NCBI RefSeq assembly: GCF_013365455.1
Contig: NZ_CP046578.1
Coordinates: 600,001 to 632,000 of the forward strand
Direction: 5' to 3'
From: Wolbachia endosymbiont of Dirofilaria (Dirofilaria) immitis
GTDB lineage: Bacteria > Pseudomonadota > Alphaproteobacteria > Rickettsiales > Anaplasmataceae
Length of the DNA stretch: 32,000 nucleotides
This document shows, in pieces, positions 31,282 through 32,000 of the stretch; within the stretch, counting starts at the first letter, position 1; every line of letters starts with the position of its first letter. The position numbers and the translations under genes were made by a program. The notes beneath the pieces are model-generated. The model made no database searches. It was not told the DNA's origin and worked only from the letters and a program-made list of their open reading frames with translations.

Positions 31282-32000
31282 ATGACCATTTTTATGTCAG
31301 TAGCATTAAAACTTACAGAAAGAACTCTTAAAAGCGTTTCACCAAATCCTGCTGTTAGGTGTGTTATTGTAAAAGATGGTATAGTAGTTAGTAAAAGCCA
31401 CACAGGAATTGGTAGACGTCCACACGCAGAAGCAGTCCCCTGCAAAGCGCTAAAGACTATAACTTATAGTGTGACTATGTACGTTACTCTTGAGACATAT
31501 TGCCATTTTGAAATTACAGAACCTTGTACTGCAGAAATTATAAGATCTAGAATAAAAAAAGTGGTGATTGCAATAATTAACCCAGATAAAAGAGTGTTAA
31601 GTAGAGAGCATCAAAGCCATAGAATAAGCTGAAATTAAAGCTGAGCAAGGTATTATGCAAAAAAAAGCAGAAAAATCGAACACATTGTTTTTTACTACTC
31701 AGAGATCACATAGATCATTCATAGCGTGCAAAATCGTAATGACTCTTGACGAGAAAATTGCAACATTCACAAGTAATAGCAAATAGACAGAAAGCAAAAA
31801 TACAGAAATTGGGCATACAAGCTCAGAGCAAAACATGACACAATTATGATCGGTAGCAATACTCTAATTAATGATAACCCACTGTTAACTTGTAGATTAC
31901 CAGGACTTGAAGATAAATCACAAACCAGACTAATTATCGATAGCCAAGGAAAATTAAAGGAAGAACACAATATTGCAAAGACTGCAGATAAAGTAACAAC
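31282..32000 (+). pseudogene. ribD: Riboflavin biosynthesis protein RibD (deaminase/reductase), degraded and running off the window
   Basis: Deaminase half in the first frame: ERTLKSVSPNPAVRCVIVKDG...GRRPHAEAVP...YVTLETYCHFEITEPC. A second frame gives SFIACKIVMTLDEKIATFTSNSK*TES (TAG at 31784-31786). The first frame resumes with IMIGSNTLINDNPLLTCRLPGLEDKSQTRLIIDSQGKLKEEH. Confidence 0.9.

Noticed and set aside
31767-31970. 67-aa - strand ORF
   Set aside because: Antisense to the ribD reductase remnant with no support of its own.

Overview
This 32 kb, AT-rich window looks like the chromosome of a reduced alphaproteobacterial endosymbiont. Protein content and style suggest Wolbachia, possibly a filarial-nematode lineage, but I could not run a taxonomic search. 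It carries mostly housekeeping genes: ybaB (5' end), dnaX, an O-methyltransferase, a DsbA-like protein, an MlaC-like protein, folC, an aspartate kinase, tyrS, rsfS, rppH, tatD, a compact cluster (hypothetical, HIT, nuoA, nuoB, nuoC, mdh), murF, tRNA-Arg(TCT), rpe, pnp, rpsO, a cysteine desulfurase, an alpha/beta hydrolase, lolD, an A-type Fe-S carrier and dgt. Active gene decay is the main theme. A GST-family gene has one in-frame TGA, truB has four stops and a frameshift, and ribD has two frame changes and an internal stop. Several long spacers contain possible remnants. I found no CRISPR array, phage, transposon, toxin-antitoxin or defence system. The best leads are loss of ribD and truB, an Asp-rich trinucleotide-repeat insertion in the Fe-S carrier, an orphan two-TM protein with a glycine/lysine/aspartate motif and a near-perfect terminator, an unannotated small lipoprotein gene, and an unknown protein heading the nuoABC-mdh cluster.
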